Of a stretch of 64,000 nucleotides of DNA, positions 10,030 through 20,218 are shown piece by piece. Below the pieces are notes generated by a model. The model was given only the letters and a program-made list of their open reading frames with translations, was not told the origin of the DNA and did not search any database. The translations under genes were made by a program, and so were the position numbers. The stretch lies in contig JBMNVW010000004.1 in assembly GCA_050947035.1 (NCBI GenBank), positions 22,433-86,432 on the forward strand, read 5' to 3'. Every line of letters starts with the position of its first letter. The first letter of the stretch is position 1. The stretch is from Patescibacteria group bacterium. Its GTDB lineage: Bacteria; Patescibacteriota; Microgenomatia; 0-14-0-10-38-17.

Positions 10030-10380
10030 TTATTTTTTTTCTTGGACTTTGTTAACAACTTGAGCAAAAACCTCCGGTTTTTCAACAGCCAGGTTGGCCA
10101 GTATTTTCCTATTCAAGCCAATATCGGCCTTTTTGAGCAAGTTAATGAAATTAGAATAACTTAAATTATGATCGGTTAGGGCGGCGTTAATTCGACTAAT
10201 CCAAAGTTTTCTAAAATTTCTTTTTTTTTGTTTTCGGCCGATAAAAGCATATTGGCCAGCATGAAGTTGAGCCTCATGGGCCACTTTGAAGAGCTTGCTT
10301 TTAGTTAAGCGGTAGCCCTTGGTAGCTTTTAGGGTTTTTTTGTGTTTTTCTCTTCTGGTGGGACCAGTTTTAACTCTCAT
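10030..10380 (-). CDS. rplT: 50S ribosomal protein L20
   Basis: [25 protein letters not shown]-terminus characteristic of L20. Confidence 0.9.
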   Translation of the reverse strand: MRVKTGPTRREKHKKTLKATKGYRLTKSKLFKVAHEAQLHAGQYAFIGRKQKKRNFRKLWISRINAALTDHNLSYSNFINLLKKADIGLNRKILANLAVEKPEVFAQVVNKVQEKK

Positions 10381-10527
10381 AAAAATAACAAATTCTAAAT
10401 GCTAATATTTAAGTTCCAAACAATTTCTAAGCACTAAATTCTAAATACTAAAAATTGTTTAGGATTTGATTTCATGTTTTGGGTATTCTAATTTGTTTGG
10501 ATCTTCGAATTTCGGATTTAGAGATTA

Positions 10528-10722
10528 TTACTTTCCCATTATTTTTTTAATCTTTTTGGCCATGGTGCCCGAAATCTCTTTTTTCTTTTTATATTTACCT
10601 TTTTGAGTTTTGCTTTTGCTTTTTTTCAGATGTCGGCCAAAAGCTGGTCGATGAAGAACTTTACCCTTTTTAGTAACCTTGAATCTTTTGGCTAGTGATT
10701 TTTTAGTTTTTTGTTTATTCAT
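10528..10722 (-). CDS. rpmI: 50S ribosomal protein L35
   Basis: 64-aa highly basic protein, KTKKSLAKRFKVTKKGKVLHR matches L35. Confidence 0.85.
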   Translation of the reverse strand: MNKQKTKKSLAKRFKVTKKGKVLHRPAFGRHLKKSKSKTQKGKYKKKKEISGTMAKKIKKIMGK

Positions 10723-10766
10723 GAGAATAAGTTAGAGAAAATATTATTTTCAAAATTAAGTATTTT

Positions 10767-11285
10767 TTATTTATTAGCCGGTGTTAAGGTAAAAATTAAA
10801 CTTCTTCCTGCCATTTTTGGCTTTTTAATCGGTGAACCAAACGAAGCTAATTTTTCAATAAACTTTTCGGCCAAATCAAAACCGGCTTTTTGGTTGGTCA
10901 TTTCTCGACCGCGAAAATTAATAGTAATCTGAACCCGATTACCGTCTTTTAAAAATTCTTCGGCTCGCTTAATTCGGAAATTTAAATCGTTATCAGAAAT
11001 AAATGGTCGAATTCGCAATTCTTTGGTTTCTTGCTTTTGGCCTAATTTTTTACTTTTTTTACTTTTTTTACTTTCTAAGTATTGAAATTTTTTAAAATCA
11101 ATAATTTTAGCGACTGGGGGTTTTGCTTTGGGGGCGATCTCAACCAGATCCTTGTCCTCTTTTTGGGCTAACTTTAAGGCTTGATCGCGATCCAAAATGT
11201 CAATTTGTTTGCCGTTTTCATCAATAACCCGCAGTTTATCCGCTTTAATATATTGATTGATTTGATAAAATTTAGCTGAATTCAA
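10767..11285 (-). CDS. infC: translation initiation factor IF-3
   Basis: IKADKLRVIDENGKQIDIL N-domain and C-domain motifs; conserved thrS-infC-rpmI-rplT order; true start may be a non-ATG codon upstream. Confidence 0.9.
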   Translation of the reverse strand: MNSAKFYQINQYIKADKLRVIDENGKQIDILDRDQALKLAQKEDKDLVEIAPKAKPPVAKIIDFKKFQYLESKKSKKSKKLGQKQETKELRIRPFISDNDLNFRIKRAEEFLKDGNRVQITINFRGREMTNQKAGFDLAEKFIEKLASFGSPIKKPKMAGRSLIFTLTPANK

Positions 11286-11408
11286 TTTATTACTTTTTTC
11301 AAAACTTTGGGCTTTAGTTTAACATGGGCAGGGTTGATTAGCAACATTATCTTCTTTAAAAAAATTTTTATTTAAAATAATAATCTTCACCAGAGAAGAA
11401 TAAAAAAA

Positions 11409-13145
11409 TTAGTTGGCGTTAATAATTTTTAAAAATTCTTTTAATTTCATTTCTCCTAAAACTTCCTCTCCCCTTTTTCTAATATTAACGGTTTTTGCCT
11501 TTTCTTCCTTAGCGCCGATGATTATCATGTAAGGAATTTTTTCCTCTTCGGCTTGATGAATTTTTTTAGAGGCGGTATCGTTATTATCGTTAATCTCGGT
11601 TCTAACATTATAGTCTTTTGTTAGTTTTTCTTTAATTTTTTTAGCATAAGCAACTTGCTGGTCGGTAATAGGGATAATTATTATTTGAGTTGGCGATAAC
11701 CAAAAGGGAAACTTGCCGCCATTATCTTCAATTAAGATACCTAAAAAGCGCTCCAAAGAACCGTAGACTACTCGATGAATCATTACTGGTCGAACCCTTT
11801 TCCCCTCTTCGTTGGTGTAGTGAAGATCGAAGTTTTCCGGTTGGGCAAAGTCAAGCTGAATGGTGGAACACTGCCAGGTGCGGCCTAAACTATCTTTAAG
11901 ATGAAAATCGATTTTAGGTCCGTAAAAAGCGCCGTCACCTTCATTGATTTGGTAATCAACTTGGCTCTCCTTTAGGGTTTTTTTCATTACTTTTTCGGCC
12001 TCTTGCCAAATTTCATCAGAACCAATGGAATTTTTGGGTCGAGTTGATAATTCTAGATGGTCCAGCTTGAGGTTAAATTTCTGGTAGAATTTAAAGCATA
12101 AATCTATTACCCCTTTTATTTCTTCTTTTACTTGTTTTTTAGTACAAAAAATATGAGCATCATCTTGAGTAAATTCTCGAGTCCTGATGATGCCGTGTAA
12201 TTCTCCTGAGGCCTCATAACGATGGACAACTCCCAATTCTCCCATTCGCAAGGGTAAATCACGATATGATTTAGGCGAATTTTTAAAGATTAAAATTCCT
12301 CCGTCGCAGTTCATGGGTTTGAGGCTTAAGTTCCAATCTTTGCTGTCGGGGCCGAAAACGCGATACATTTTATCGGCAAACGATTTGAGGTGGCCACTTG
12401 TTTCCCAAATAGAGTTTCTGAGAACCTCAGGAGTGCGGACCTCAAGATAGCCAGCCTTCTTGTGTTCTTGTCGCCAATAACGGGCGAGTTTTTTCATCAA
12501 AAAATGCCCCTTAGGATGCCAAAAAACATCACCGGGAGCCGCTTCTGGATGGAAAGAAAAGAGATCCAGCTTTTTGCCAATTAGGCGATGGTCTTGCTTT
12601 TTAGCTTTTTCCAGTTGAGCCAAATATTGATCTAAGTCTTTTTGGTTGGCAAAACAAGTGCCGTAAATTCTGGTTAATTGAGGTTTGTTTTCGTCGCCCC
12701 GCCAGTAGGCGCCGGCTAAAGATAATAATTTAAAGGGACCGATTTCTTTAGTTGAAGCCAAGTGGGGCCCGGAGCAAAGATCAGCAAAATCGCCGATTTG
12801 ATAAATAGAAAATTTTTTTTGCCCTTTCTTTTCCAGGTCGGCAATTAACTCTAACTTAAAGGGTTGATCGGCAAAAGTTTTTTGGGCTTTTTTAAGGCTA
12901 ATTTCTTTTTTTTCAAAAGGTAAATCAGCCCGAATAATTTTTTCCATTTCTTTGGCGATTTTTTCTAGTTTATCTTCCGACAAGGGCTCTTGGAAATCAA
13001 AGTCATAATAGAAGCCATTATCAATCGCCGGACCGATAGCAAACTTGATTTTTGGATAAAGATTTTTTACGGCTGCTGCCAAAACATGAGCGCAAGAATG
13101 ACGCATAATGGCAAGTCGATCAGATTTTGAGGAAGAAGAATTCAT
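11409..13145 (-). CDS. thrS: threonine--tRNA ligase (lacks N-terminal TGS domain)
   Basis: editing-domain HxxxH (HSCAHVL), class II catalytic core and C-terminal anticodon-binding domain; 578 aa. Confidence 0.9.
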   Translation of the reverse strand: MNSSSSKSDRLAIMRHSCAHVLAAAVKNLYPKIKFAIGPAIDNGFYYDFDFQEPLSEDKLEKIAKEMEKIIRADLPFEKKEISLKKAQKTFADQPFKLELIADLEKKGQKKFSIYQIGDFADLCSGPHLASTKEIGPFKLLSLAGAYWRGDENKPQLTRIYGTCFANQKDLDQYLAQLEKAKKQDHRLIGKKLDLFSFHPEAAPGDVFWHPKGHFLMKKLARYWRQEHKKAGYLEVRTPEVLRNSIWETSGHLKSFADKMYRVFGPDSKDWNLSLKPMNCDGGILIFKNSPKSYRDLPLRMGELGVVHRYEASGELHGIIRTREFTQDDAHIFCTKKQVKEEIKGVIDLCFKFYQKFNLKLDHLELSTRPKNSIGSDEIWQEAEKVMKKTLKESQVDYQINEGDGAFYGPKIDFHLKDSLGRTWQCSTIQLDFAQPENFDLHYTNEEGKRVRPVMIHRVVYGSLERFLGILIEDNGGKFPFWLSPTQIIIIPITDQQVAYAKKIKEKLTKDYNVRTEINDNNDTASKKIHQAEEEKIPYMIIIGAKEEKAKTVNIRKRGEEVLGEMKLKEFLKIINAN

Positions 13146-13242
13146 ATTAATTGGTCCCTATAGTAATATAGTAATTGCTTCTTAATTTCTAATGATTTAA
13201 AAATTTTTTATTTTTGATTTTTAATTGTCAACTGATCTTTAG

Positions 13243-13316
13243 TGCACGCGCCTGGACTCGAACCAGGGACCTTCCGCATGTCAAGCGGATACTCTAACCA
13301 ACTGAGCCACGCGTGC
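13243..13316 (-). tRNA. tRNA-Val (anticodon GAC)
   Basis: cloverleaf read manually: acceptor GCACGCG/CGCGTGC, anticodon loop TTGACAT, T-arm GGTTCGAGTCC. Confidence 0.8.
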
Positions 13317-13407
13317 AAAATTAGTCATTAGCTAAGCCTAGCTTTTTTTATTATACTACACTCCTTTTTGCTCTTCAGCCTTCTTGTTGATCAGCTTTTC
13401 TCTAAAG

Positions 13408-13451
13408 GTCCGAAGCTATTCGACCCTAAGGGTCGGAAAGGACTGTTTTTA
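13408..13451. terminator. GC-rich nested hairpin (GTCCGAAG..CGACCC-TAA-GGGTCG..GGAC) followed by TGTTTTT; intrinsic-terminator-like, A-run on the other side (possibly bidirectional)
   Basis: seen directly in sequence just downstream of the 13449..14075 ORF stop and before tRNA-Val. Confidence 0.35.
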
Positions 13452-14075
13452 TCCGGTTTGGGTGGCGGGAGTGCGATCGGCAGAGAGTAAAAACTTAGTG
13501 CCCGATTTTTTGACTTGGTTCCAGAAACGACCTTTTTTCTGGCTTCTTTTTTGGAAGGTTGTTAACCAAGTGTTCCCCTCTTCGACCCTTTCCCTTAAGT
13601 CATTTAAGAAGGTTAGCAACAGCTCCAAAAAGTTAAGTTGGTATTGGCTTTCTTGGGGAACATTTTCTTGAGCAACGGCATCAATTTCTTCTACCTGGCG
13701 ATTTATTTGGTTCATATTAGCGGCAATAGTTTTAATTTCTTCTCTAATTTGGTTAATTTTTGTTGTTGTTTCTTGACGGTTTTTTATTTTTAGTGAAGTT
13801 TCGGCAAGGTTGTGTCTTTGTTTGAAGTGAAGCCTTTCTTGATGGTTAATTTGTTGTTGAGGCGTTTCTGTTTTTTCTTGAGGTCTTATTGTTTGGCCGG
13901 GATAAATTTCTGCCTGGTGGTTGGTTTTTTGGACGGTTATTTGTTCCCAAAATTCTCTTGGGAATTCCTTGGTTATCTCGTCTTTTAAGTTTAGGCCAGC
14001 CCAATCCCTTTCTGAAGAAGATTTTTTTTGTGGATGGTTATTGTTACCCTGAGCAACCTTTTTGGCCATTGGCAA
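13449..14075 (-). CDS. hypothetical hydrophilic protein with coiled-coil-like central region
   Basis: 208-aa ORF, Gln/Glu/Lys-rich, no recognisable motif. Confidence 0.35.
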   Translation of the reverse strand: MPMAKKVAQGNNNHPQKKSSSERDWAGLNLKDEITKEFPREFWEQITVQKTNHQAEIYPGQTIRPQEKTETPQQQINHQERLHFKQRHNLAETSLKIKNRQETTTKINQIREEIKTIAANMNQINRQVEEIDAVAQENVPQESQYQLNFLELLLTFLNDLRERVEEGNTWLTTFQKRSQKKGRFWNQVKKSGTKFLLSADRTPATQTG

Positions 14076-14110
14076 AAAGAAAAATATGGGCAGATCTATA
14101 GCCTATTTTA

Positions 14111-15067
14111 CTATAAGCTTTGAAGGAACTCAAGGGTTTTTTGTCTTCTAATCATCGAGGAAAGCATGTAGCGCTGATTAGAAAGTTGGGCTTTTTCTTT
14201 TTTATTTTCAATTTTCTTTAAGGCCTTTTCAATGTCTTGTTCTGAAACAGTAATTTTTTCTTTGTCGGCAATTTTATTAAGGGCTAGTTCCAATTTCCAA
14301 TTTTTTTCGCTTTCTTGGCGATATTCATCCTTTATGGAATCAACAGTCTTACCAAGAGTAGCCAAATATTGATCTAACGACAGGCCCATTTTTTCGGTTT
14401 TTTCGATTAAATTAGCCAATTTTTGGTTAACTTCGTTATCAATTAAAACTTTGGGCAAGACCACTTCAACGTTTTTGGCCAGAACGTCGATTATTTTTTG
14501 AAATTTTTCTGCTTTTTTTAAAGACTCATCTTGAGGGGTTTTTTTATCTTTTTTATCCTTTTCTGGTGTCCAAATAGCCTCTTTGGCAAAAGTTTTTTTA
14601 ATTTTTTCTTGATAATCATTTAGGTCTATCTCTGGCAGTTCACAAGTAGTAAATTCGACCAACCAATTTTCCCCCTCTTTGGCCGAGACCAGTTTGGCTT
14701 GAGGAGCGACAATGGGTTTTAGTTGATTTTCCTTAATAGCTTTTTGGTAAACCTTTGGCAAAAGTTGATTAATGGCCTGTTGATAAATTTCATTTTTACC
14801 AACGACCTTCTCTACCCTTTCTTTAGGAGCTTTTCCTTTTCTGAAACCCTTGATTTCGGTGGTTTTTTGTAGTTTCTCAAGAGCTTGATCATATTCTGCT
14901 TTTATTTCCTGCTGAGGTAATTTAGCCTCAATTTTAATAGTGTTATCTTTTAGTCGGCTAATTTCAATTTGAGGAGAATCGGTCTTGGAATTTGGGGCCG
15001 GTTTTTTTTGGTTGCTTTTCTTTTTATTAGCCATAATGTTGTGGTCGCCTAATTCTTGGTCGATCAA
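14111..15067 (-). CDS. tig: trigger factor, PPIase-domain-less form
   Basis: canonical GFRKGKAPKERVEK ribosome-binding motif in N-domain followed directly by C-terminal arm domain; real start probably the internal MANKKK. Confidence 0.75.
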   Translation of the reverse strand: MIDQELGDHNIMANKKKSNQKKPAPNSKTDSPQIEISRLKDNTIKIEAKLPQQEIKAEYDQALEKLQKTTEIKGFRKGKAPKERVEKVVGKNEIYQQAINQLLPKVYQKAIKENQLKPIVAPQAKLVSAKEGENWLVEFTTCELPEIDLNDYQEKIKKTFAKEAIWTPEKDKKDKKTPQDESLKKAEKFQKIIDVLAKNVEVVLPKVLIDNEVNQKLANLIEKTEKMGLSLDQYLATLGKTVDSIKDEYRQESEKNWKLELALNKIADKEKITVSEQDIEKALKKIENKKEKAQLSNQRYMLSSMIRRQKTLEFLQSL

Positions 15068-15351
15068 TTTGTTGTCTTTTGACTGGAAACCCCCGCGGCT
15101 TTTTCCATTTAGGTGTTTTGGGCGGGTGATATTCTTCTGAGTCTGATTTTTCTGGGGAAGGGTTCTTGTCCTTTTTATTTTTTTGGTTATTTTTCTTCAT
15201 GGCGAGCCCTATTTTATCATGATCGTTTGGCCTTAGGCAAGCTTTTTTTAGGAGTTTTTTAGTAAAAAATGGCTGGCCCTATGGTTTTTTTGGATCTTAC
15301 TTGACAACAAGATAAGGCTTTAATATCCTGTTGTTAGAGGTTTTTATTTAA

Positions 15352-15969
15352 ATGAAAAAAAATCATAAACTAAGTTTGAGATTCGTTTTTTCACTTTGGT
15401 TGATTTTTCTTCTTCCCGGCTCTTTAGTTTTATCTTTTTGGCTATTAAGGTTAAATCAAGATAGTTATCAAAAATTTTTAGCCCAAAATAAAATTAATTA
15501 TCAGTCTCACCTGTCACCAGCCCCGGTTCGGCTTTATCAGGCTCTTCCCAGTGGGTCGGGAACGGTTTCTTTTGAGGTTGGCACTGCCGATGCTCGACCG
15601 GTTATTATTAGACAGTATTTAGAAAAACATCGTTCCCCCTTGACTTCTCAGGCTGATTATTTTTTTAAAATTGCCCAAAAGTATAATTTAGACTATCGTC
15701 TTCTTGTTGCTATTGCCCAGCAAGAATCTAATTTGGGTAAAAAGATTCCCGAGGGAACTTATAACGCTTGGGGGTGGGGAATTCACTCAGAAGGAACATT
15801 AGGGTTTTCTTCTTGGGAGGAAGGAATAGAAACAGTGGCTAAAGGCTTAAGAGAAAATTATTTAGATAAAGGCTTTGTTAATTTAGAGCAAATAGCGGCT
15901 CGTTATGCTCCCCCTTCCAAAGAAGCCTGGGCCTTCGGGGTTAGTCAGTTTATGGGCGAAATGGAGTAA
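15352..15969 (+). CDS. membrane-anchored secreted protein, paralog family A (putative peptidoglycan glycosidase-like, ES...GWG motif)
   Basis: N-terminal TM/signal; C-terminal ~110 aa share DYRLLVAIAQQESNLGKKIPEGTYNAWGWG...YAPPS with ORF 28964..29575. Confidence 0.5.
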   Translation: MKKNHKLSLRFVFSLWLIFLLPGSLVLSFWLLRLNQDSYQKFLAQNKINYQSHLSPAPVRLYQALPSGSGTVSFEVGTADARPVIIRQYLEKHRSPLTSQADYFFKIAQKYNLDYRLLVAIAQQESNLGKKIPEGTYNAWGWGIHSEGTLGFSSWEEGIETVAKGLRENYLDKGFVNLEQIAARYAPPSKEAWAFGVSQFMGEME

Positions 15970-16021
15970 CAAAGGACATTAAAAGTCACGAACAGATTAA
16001 TAATAGCCCGAAACTATTCGT

Positions 16022-16792
16022 TTATTTTGTTTTGTATTTGTGTGATTTGTGTACTTTAGCCAATAGGAATATCGAGGGGCCGAAATTAATTTTTGCCAAG
16101 ATTGGTTGAAAGAGTTTTTCTCCCCAAAGAAGGATTCCAGTAGGAATAATTTTTTTTAAAATTGGCAGACGAAAATTAGAAACCGATAGCCGGTCAATAA
16201 TCTCAAAATCTGATCTTTTCAAAGATTGGTTGATTTTTTTTGGGTGGTGGTTTAGAAAAAGGATCGTTTCTTGGTTTAGATTGGCTGGTGATCGACGATC
16301 ATAGGGAGACTCTTCCTTTAAGAAAGAAAAATTTCCTCTAAAAATAGCTTTGATTTTAGCTTTAAAGTTAATTTTATTAGCAAACTCCAAAATTAAATAA
16401 CCGTCACTTTTTAGGTGATGGTTAATATTTTTCAAGACTAAATCAAGATTTTTAATATGATGAGCGACACGGATAAATAAAACAACGTCAAACTTTTCTG
16501 ACAATTCTAAGTTTTCAGCCTGGCCTTGTTTAAATTTAAGATTTTGATATTTTAAGTTTTTTTTAGCTTGATTAATTAACCTTTTGGCTGGTTCGACTAA
16601 AAGACAGAAAGAGAATTTGTCAGCGTAAAATGGGGTAATTCGGCCAAATCCGGCTCCAATATCAAGAAGAGTTTTTTGTTTTTTTAAGGGAATTTGAGCA
16701 AAAAGCCTTTTTAAAGCCAGAGTTTCGGCTTCATGTTCGTATTCCCTTCCCCGCCAATAGCGCTGGTAATCGTAATGATCGTAAAAGGCCAT
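16022..16792 (-). CDS. class I SAM-dependent methyltransferase
   Basis: motif I LLDIGAGFGRIT, motif post-I FCLLVEP, Rossmann layout. Confidence 0.75.
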   Translation of the reverse strand: MAFYDHYDYQRYWRGREYEHEAETLALKRLFAQIPLKKQKTLLDIGAGFGRITPFYADKFSFCLLVEPAKRLINQAKKNLKYQNLKFKQGQAENLELSEKFDVVLFIRVAHHIKNLDLVLKNINHHLKSDGYLILEFANKINFKAKIKAIFRGNFSFLKEESPYDRRSPANLNQETILFLNHHPKKINQSLKRSDFEIIDRLSVSNFRLPILKKIIPTGILLWGEKLFQPILAKINFGPSIFLLAKVHKSHKYKTK

Positions 16793-16814
16793 TTTTTAAA
16801 AAAGAGGTTATATT

Positions 16815-17234
16815 CTATTTTTTCCTTTTTTCTTCTTTTTTGAGGCAATTTAGACAAGTGGTGGCTTCCGGATAAATCATTAAGCGATCAGTGTCAATAA
16901 GCTTGCCGCATTTTTCGCAAGTACCATATTGGCCAATTTTTACTCGAGTTAAAGCTTTGCGAACCTGAATTAATCGTTTTTGAAGCTGTTTTTGGATGGC
17001 CTTATTTTTCATGTGACCAAATTGCTCTTCGGCGTCAGTATCGGGGGAAGCGTTATTAGAAGCTCGATCTGGATCAGCAAAGGGGTCTTCCGTTTTTAGA
17101 TTTTTAATCTTTTTTAAAATTTTCTTTTCTTCATCGATAAAAAATTTGCCAATTGGGACTAGTAGGTCAGCCGGGAAGGTAAGTTTTTCTTTTTGGCCCT
17201 TTTTAGTGATTGACTTTTTTTTCTTTTTAGCCAT
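16815..17234 (-). CDS. DksA/TraR-family C4 zinc-finger protein
   Basis: coiled-coil N-part and C-terminal CEKCG...CLNC four-cysteine finger. Confidence 0.7.
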   Translation of the reverse strand: MAKKKKKSITKKGQKEKLTFPADLLVPIGKFFIDEEKKILKKIKNLKTEDPFADPDRASNNASPDTDAEEQFGHMKNKAIQKQLQKRLIQVRKALTRVKIGQYGTCEKCGKLIDTDRLMIYPEATTCLNCLKKEEKRKK

Positions 17235-17236
17235 TT

Positions 17237-17965
17237 TTAGTTATTTTTACTTTTATTTAAGAAAGTAATGAATCTTTGGGCTGGTCTACTTTCTGATCTT
17301 AGAAAAAAATAAATTACCGCCCAAATAAATAGGCCTAAGCCCAAGAACGCCTCTAAGTATAAACCACCGGGCAAGAAAAAAGCAAGTAAAGAAAAACCTA
17401 AAAACAAAATAGCGCTAGCCCCTAAAAAGGCAAAACCGATTTTTCCGGATGGATACCAAATTAAAGATCGATAAGATTTTAGGGCCCAAAAAGACCAAGC
17501 GACAGCAAATAAGTTTAATATTAAACTAGCTAAATATAAAACCCCTTGGCTAACCAAGAATTGGCCTAAAAAAAAGCCAATGAAGAAAGTTAATAAGGGC
17601 AAGAGGGCCTGATCAGTTATTTTCCAAATCTGAAATTGATATCTTTTTGCCCAAATCTTACTAGTGACAATTATTCCTAAAAATCCTCCCGCAAAAGATA
17701 GCCCCGGGTAGCGCCAAAGAAGAAAAAATTTTATTATCGAATTGATTTGGGCCGTATTGGCAAGGCAAAAAATCAATCGAGCCCCAATTAACCAAGCTAA
17801 GATATTATTAAAGACAAAACTAATTGTTTTTTCATCATTAGCAAATTCTTCTTTGGTTTGGCAAAAAAACCAAAAAGAGGCCAGTAAAAAAGCCAAAAAA
17901 AGGCAAAGGCCAAAAACAGTTATGCTGGCATTTCCCCAAGGAAGATTAATAAGATTAATAGTCAT
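17237..17965 (-). CDS. lgt: prolipoprotein diacylglyceryl transferase-like membrane protein
   Basis: polytopic membrane protein; SFAGGFLGIIVTSKIWAKRY resembles the Lgt HGGLIG signature region; other Lgt motifs only weak. Confidence 0.5.
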   Translation of the reverse strand: MTINLINLPWGNASITVFGLCLFLAFLLASFWFFCQTKEEFANDEKTISFVFNNILAWLIGARLIFCLANTAQINSIIKFFLLWRYPGLSFAGGFLGIIVTSKIWAKRYQFQIWKITDQALLPLLTFFIGFFLGQFLVSQGVLYLASLILNLFAVAWSFWALKSYRSLIWYPSGKIGFAFLGASAILFLGFSLLAFFLPGGLYLEAFLGLGLFIWAVIYFFLRSESRPAQRFITFLNKSKNN

Positions 17966-17972
17966 GGTTTTT

Positions 17973-19289
17973 TTAGGCCTTTTTCTCTAAAGGATAAAAG
18001 CTAATTTGTTTTTGAAGAAAACGCAGGTTAATTAAACCAATTGGGCCATTGCGGTGTTTGGCAATTTCTAAAATGATATTTTCTCGATTTTCATCGTCTT
18101 CTCGATACAAAAACATAACGACGTCGGAATCCTGTTCAATTGAGCCACTTTCTCGGAGGTCGGCTAATCTTGGCCTTTGTCCTCCCCTAACCTCAACCGC
18201 TCGAGAAAGTTGAGATAAAGATAAAACCGGGATTTTTAATTCGCGAGCCAAATTTTTTAAGCCTTGAGAAATTTCGGAAACTTCTTGAACTCGATTCTCA
18301 ATGTTATTGCGGCCGTGAATTAATTGTAGATAGTCAACAATTAAAAGCTTTAATCCCTTTTCCATTTGCAGCCTTCGGGCCTTAGTGCGCATTTCTAGTA
18401 TTGAAATACCAGGAGTATCGTCAATATATAAAGGGGCTTCAGCCAAAGTTCCCATGGCGTCAGAAAGGCGAGAAAAGTCATCTTCGTCTAATCGACCTGT
18501 TTTTAGTTTCCAGCTGTCAATTTGGGCTTGGCGAACCAGGAGTCGATCGACTAGCTCTTCCTGGCTCATTTCTAAAGAAAAAAATCCAGTTGGAATTTTT
18601 TCTTCAACAGCAATATGGCGAGCGATGTTCAAACTGAGAGCGGTTTTACCAATTCCCGGTCGGGCGGCCAAAACGATCAGGTTAGAATTTTGCATACCAG
18701 CCAAAAGGCTATCTAACTGAGAAAAACCAGTCGGCAAACCCCTTAAACCACTAGATTTTTTGTGCAATTCGTCTAGACGATCAAAGGATTCAATCAGGGC
18801 GTCTTTTACTGGAATAAAGCTTCGGGTAACTCCGGATTGGGAGATGGAAAAAATTTCTTTTTCGGCTTCTTCCAAAACTTCGCTTGATTCCTTAGATTCG
18901 TTAAAGGCCAAAGTTGAGATTCGGCTGGAAGCAGAAATTAACTGTCTCTTAATCCAGTTTCTTTTAATAATCTGAGCGTATTCTTCAACGTTAACAGCGG
19001 TGGCAACGCGGTTAGTCAAGTCGGCTAAGTAAGAAGCGCCTCCAATTTGGCTAAAGTCTTTGGTTTTTTTAAGCTCTGAAGTTAGGGTAACCAAATCAAT
19101 TGGCCGGCGATTTTCATAAAGCTTAAGAGCGATTTCGTAAATTCGACCGTTGTTTTCGTTATAAAAGTTTTCCGGCTTAAGAAGGGGGGCAATAATGGAA
19201 ATAGCATCTTTATCAATTAGTATTGAGCCCAAGACTGATTCTTCGGCTTCGTTGGAATGGGGGGGAACTTTAGCTTTATTTTTAGCCAT
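17973..19289 (-). CDS. dnaB: replicative DNA helicase DnaB
   Basis: N-terminal primase-interaction domain plus RecA-like core with Walker A GIGKTALSL and DnaB-family arginine finger region. Confidence 0.9.
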   Translation of the reverse strand: MAKNKAKVPPHSNEAEESVLGSILIDKDAISIIAPLLKPENFYNENNGRIYEIALKLYENRRPIDLVTLTSELKKTKDFSQIGGASYLADLTNRVATAVNVEEYAQIIKRNWIKRQLISASSRISTLAFNESKESSEVLEEAEKEIFSISQSGVTRSFIPVKDALIESFDRLDELHKKSSGLRGLPTGFSQLDSLLAGMQNSNLIVLAARPGIGKTALSLNIARHIAVEEKIPTGFFSLEMSQEELVDRLLVRQAQIDSWKLKTGRLDEDDFSRLSDAMGTLAEAPLYIDDTPGISILEMRTKARRLQMEKGLKLLIVDYLQLIHGRNNIENRVQEVSEISQGLKNLARELKIPVLSLSQLSRAVEVRGGQRPRLADLRESGSIEQDSDVVMFLYREDDENRENIILEIAKHRNGPIGLINLRFLQKQISFYPLEKKA

Positions 19290-19402
19290 TTCTTATTGTT
19301 AATTATAGTCCAAAACTAACATAAATTGCCAGTTTAGTAAAGTTTGATAGATAATGGCCAATTTATTAGTCGCAAAGACAAAGGGGCAAGTTTTGAAAGG
19401 GC

Positions 19403-20053
19403 CTATTTACCGCGGCTTTCCAGTAGAACAACTTTTTCTTCTTCGTCGCTAAAACTGCTTTTGCCAACAATTAATTTTGGTTCACAAATTGCTGTGTTAC
19501 CAGTTTCTTTTAAAAATTTATTAATTGCCTCAATTTTGCCAAGTGAAGAGCGGCTATATTCTTTAATATAATGAATCGGAAAAATAATTTTGGCCTGGAG
19601 TTGTCGAGCAATTTCGGTGGCATATTTAGCGGTTAAGCCCCTTTTTTCTCCGAGAGGTAAGAAAAGAATATCAGGAGAATCTAGTTGGGCCAAAGAGTCC
19701 TTACTTAAGGGATGATTTAGCTGTCCTAAATGAGCCAATCTAATTCCGCCAGTATGGATTAAATAGATTGTATTATCACTTCTTTCTTTTTCTTTATTGT
19801 TTTCTTGATAAGAAGAAATACCGAGAATATTAATACCGCCAATTTCATATTCGCCTGGAGCCTCGATAACAAAAGCCTGATTATCAAATGCTTGACTATT
19901 ATTGTGAAGGGAGCCGGGTCGGCTAATAGTAATTAGATTGGGCTTAACTTGGGGCATTTTTAGATTAGTTTTAGGATCATAGGGATCAGTAACAATAATG
20001 CCCTTTTTAGTGCGAATCCGAAAACTGCCAAAGCCCAAATACCAAATCTCCAT
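19403..20053 (-). CDS. metallo-beta-lactamase-fold hydrolase
   Basis: 216 aa, HTGGIRLAHLG and DPYD motifs typical of MBL-fold metal-binding sites. Confidence 0.65.
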   Translation of the reverse strand: MEIWYLGFGSFRIRTKKGIIVTDPYDPKTNLKMPQVKPNLITISRPGSLHNNSQAFDNQAFVIEAPGEYEIGGINILGISSYQENNKEKERSDNTIYLIHTGGIRLAHLGQLNHPLSKDSLAQLDSPDILFLPLGEKRGLTAKYATEIARQLQAKIIFPIHYIKEYSRSSLGKIEAINKFLKETGNTAICEPKLIVGKSSFSDEEEKVVLLESRGK

Positions 20054-20218
20054 AATTTATAATTTACCACAAGAAACAGCTAATAACAATTAAAGATTCA
20101 GATTTTTTAAAATTATTATTAATTTTTAACTTTTAATCTTGGAGTGAATGTAGTTTATTAAAATGTATTAAACTTATTGACAACATCTCTTGAGCGGGTT
20201 ATATTTAAAAAAAGAAGT

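Noticed and set aside
2948-18975. Multiple 60-110-aa ORFs antisense to recG, the PBP gene, pheS, thrS and dnaB (e.g. 2948..3139, 5005..5193, 9462..9659, 18385..18720)
   Set aside because: They are fully embedded in well-supported longer genes on the opposite strand and have no motifs, so they are shadow ORFs.
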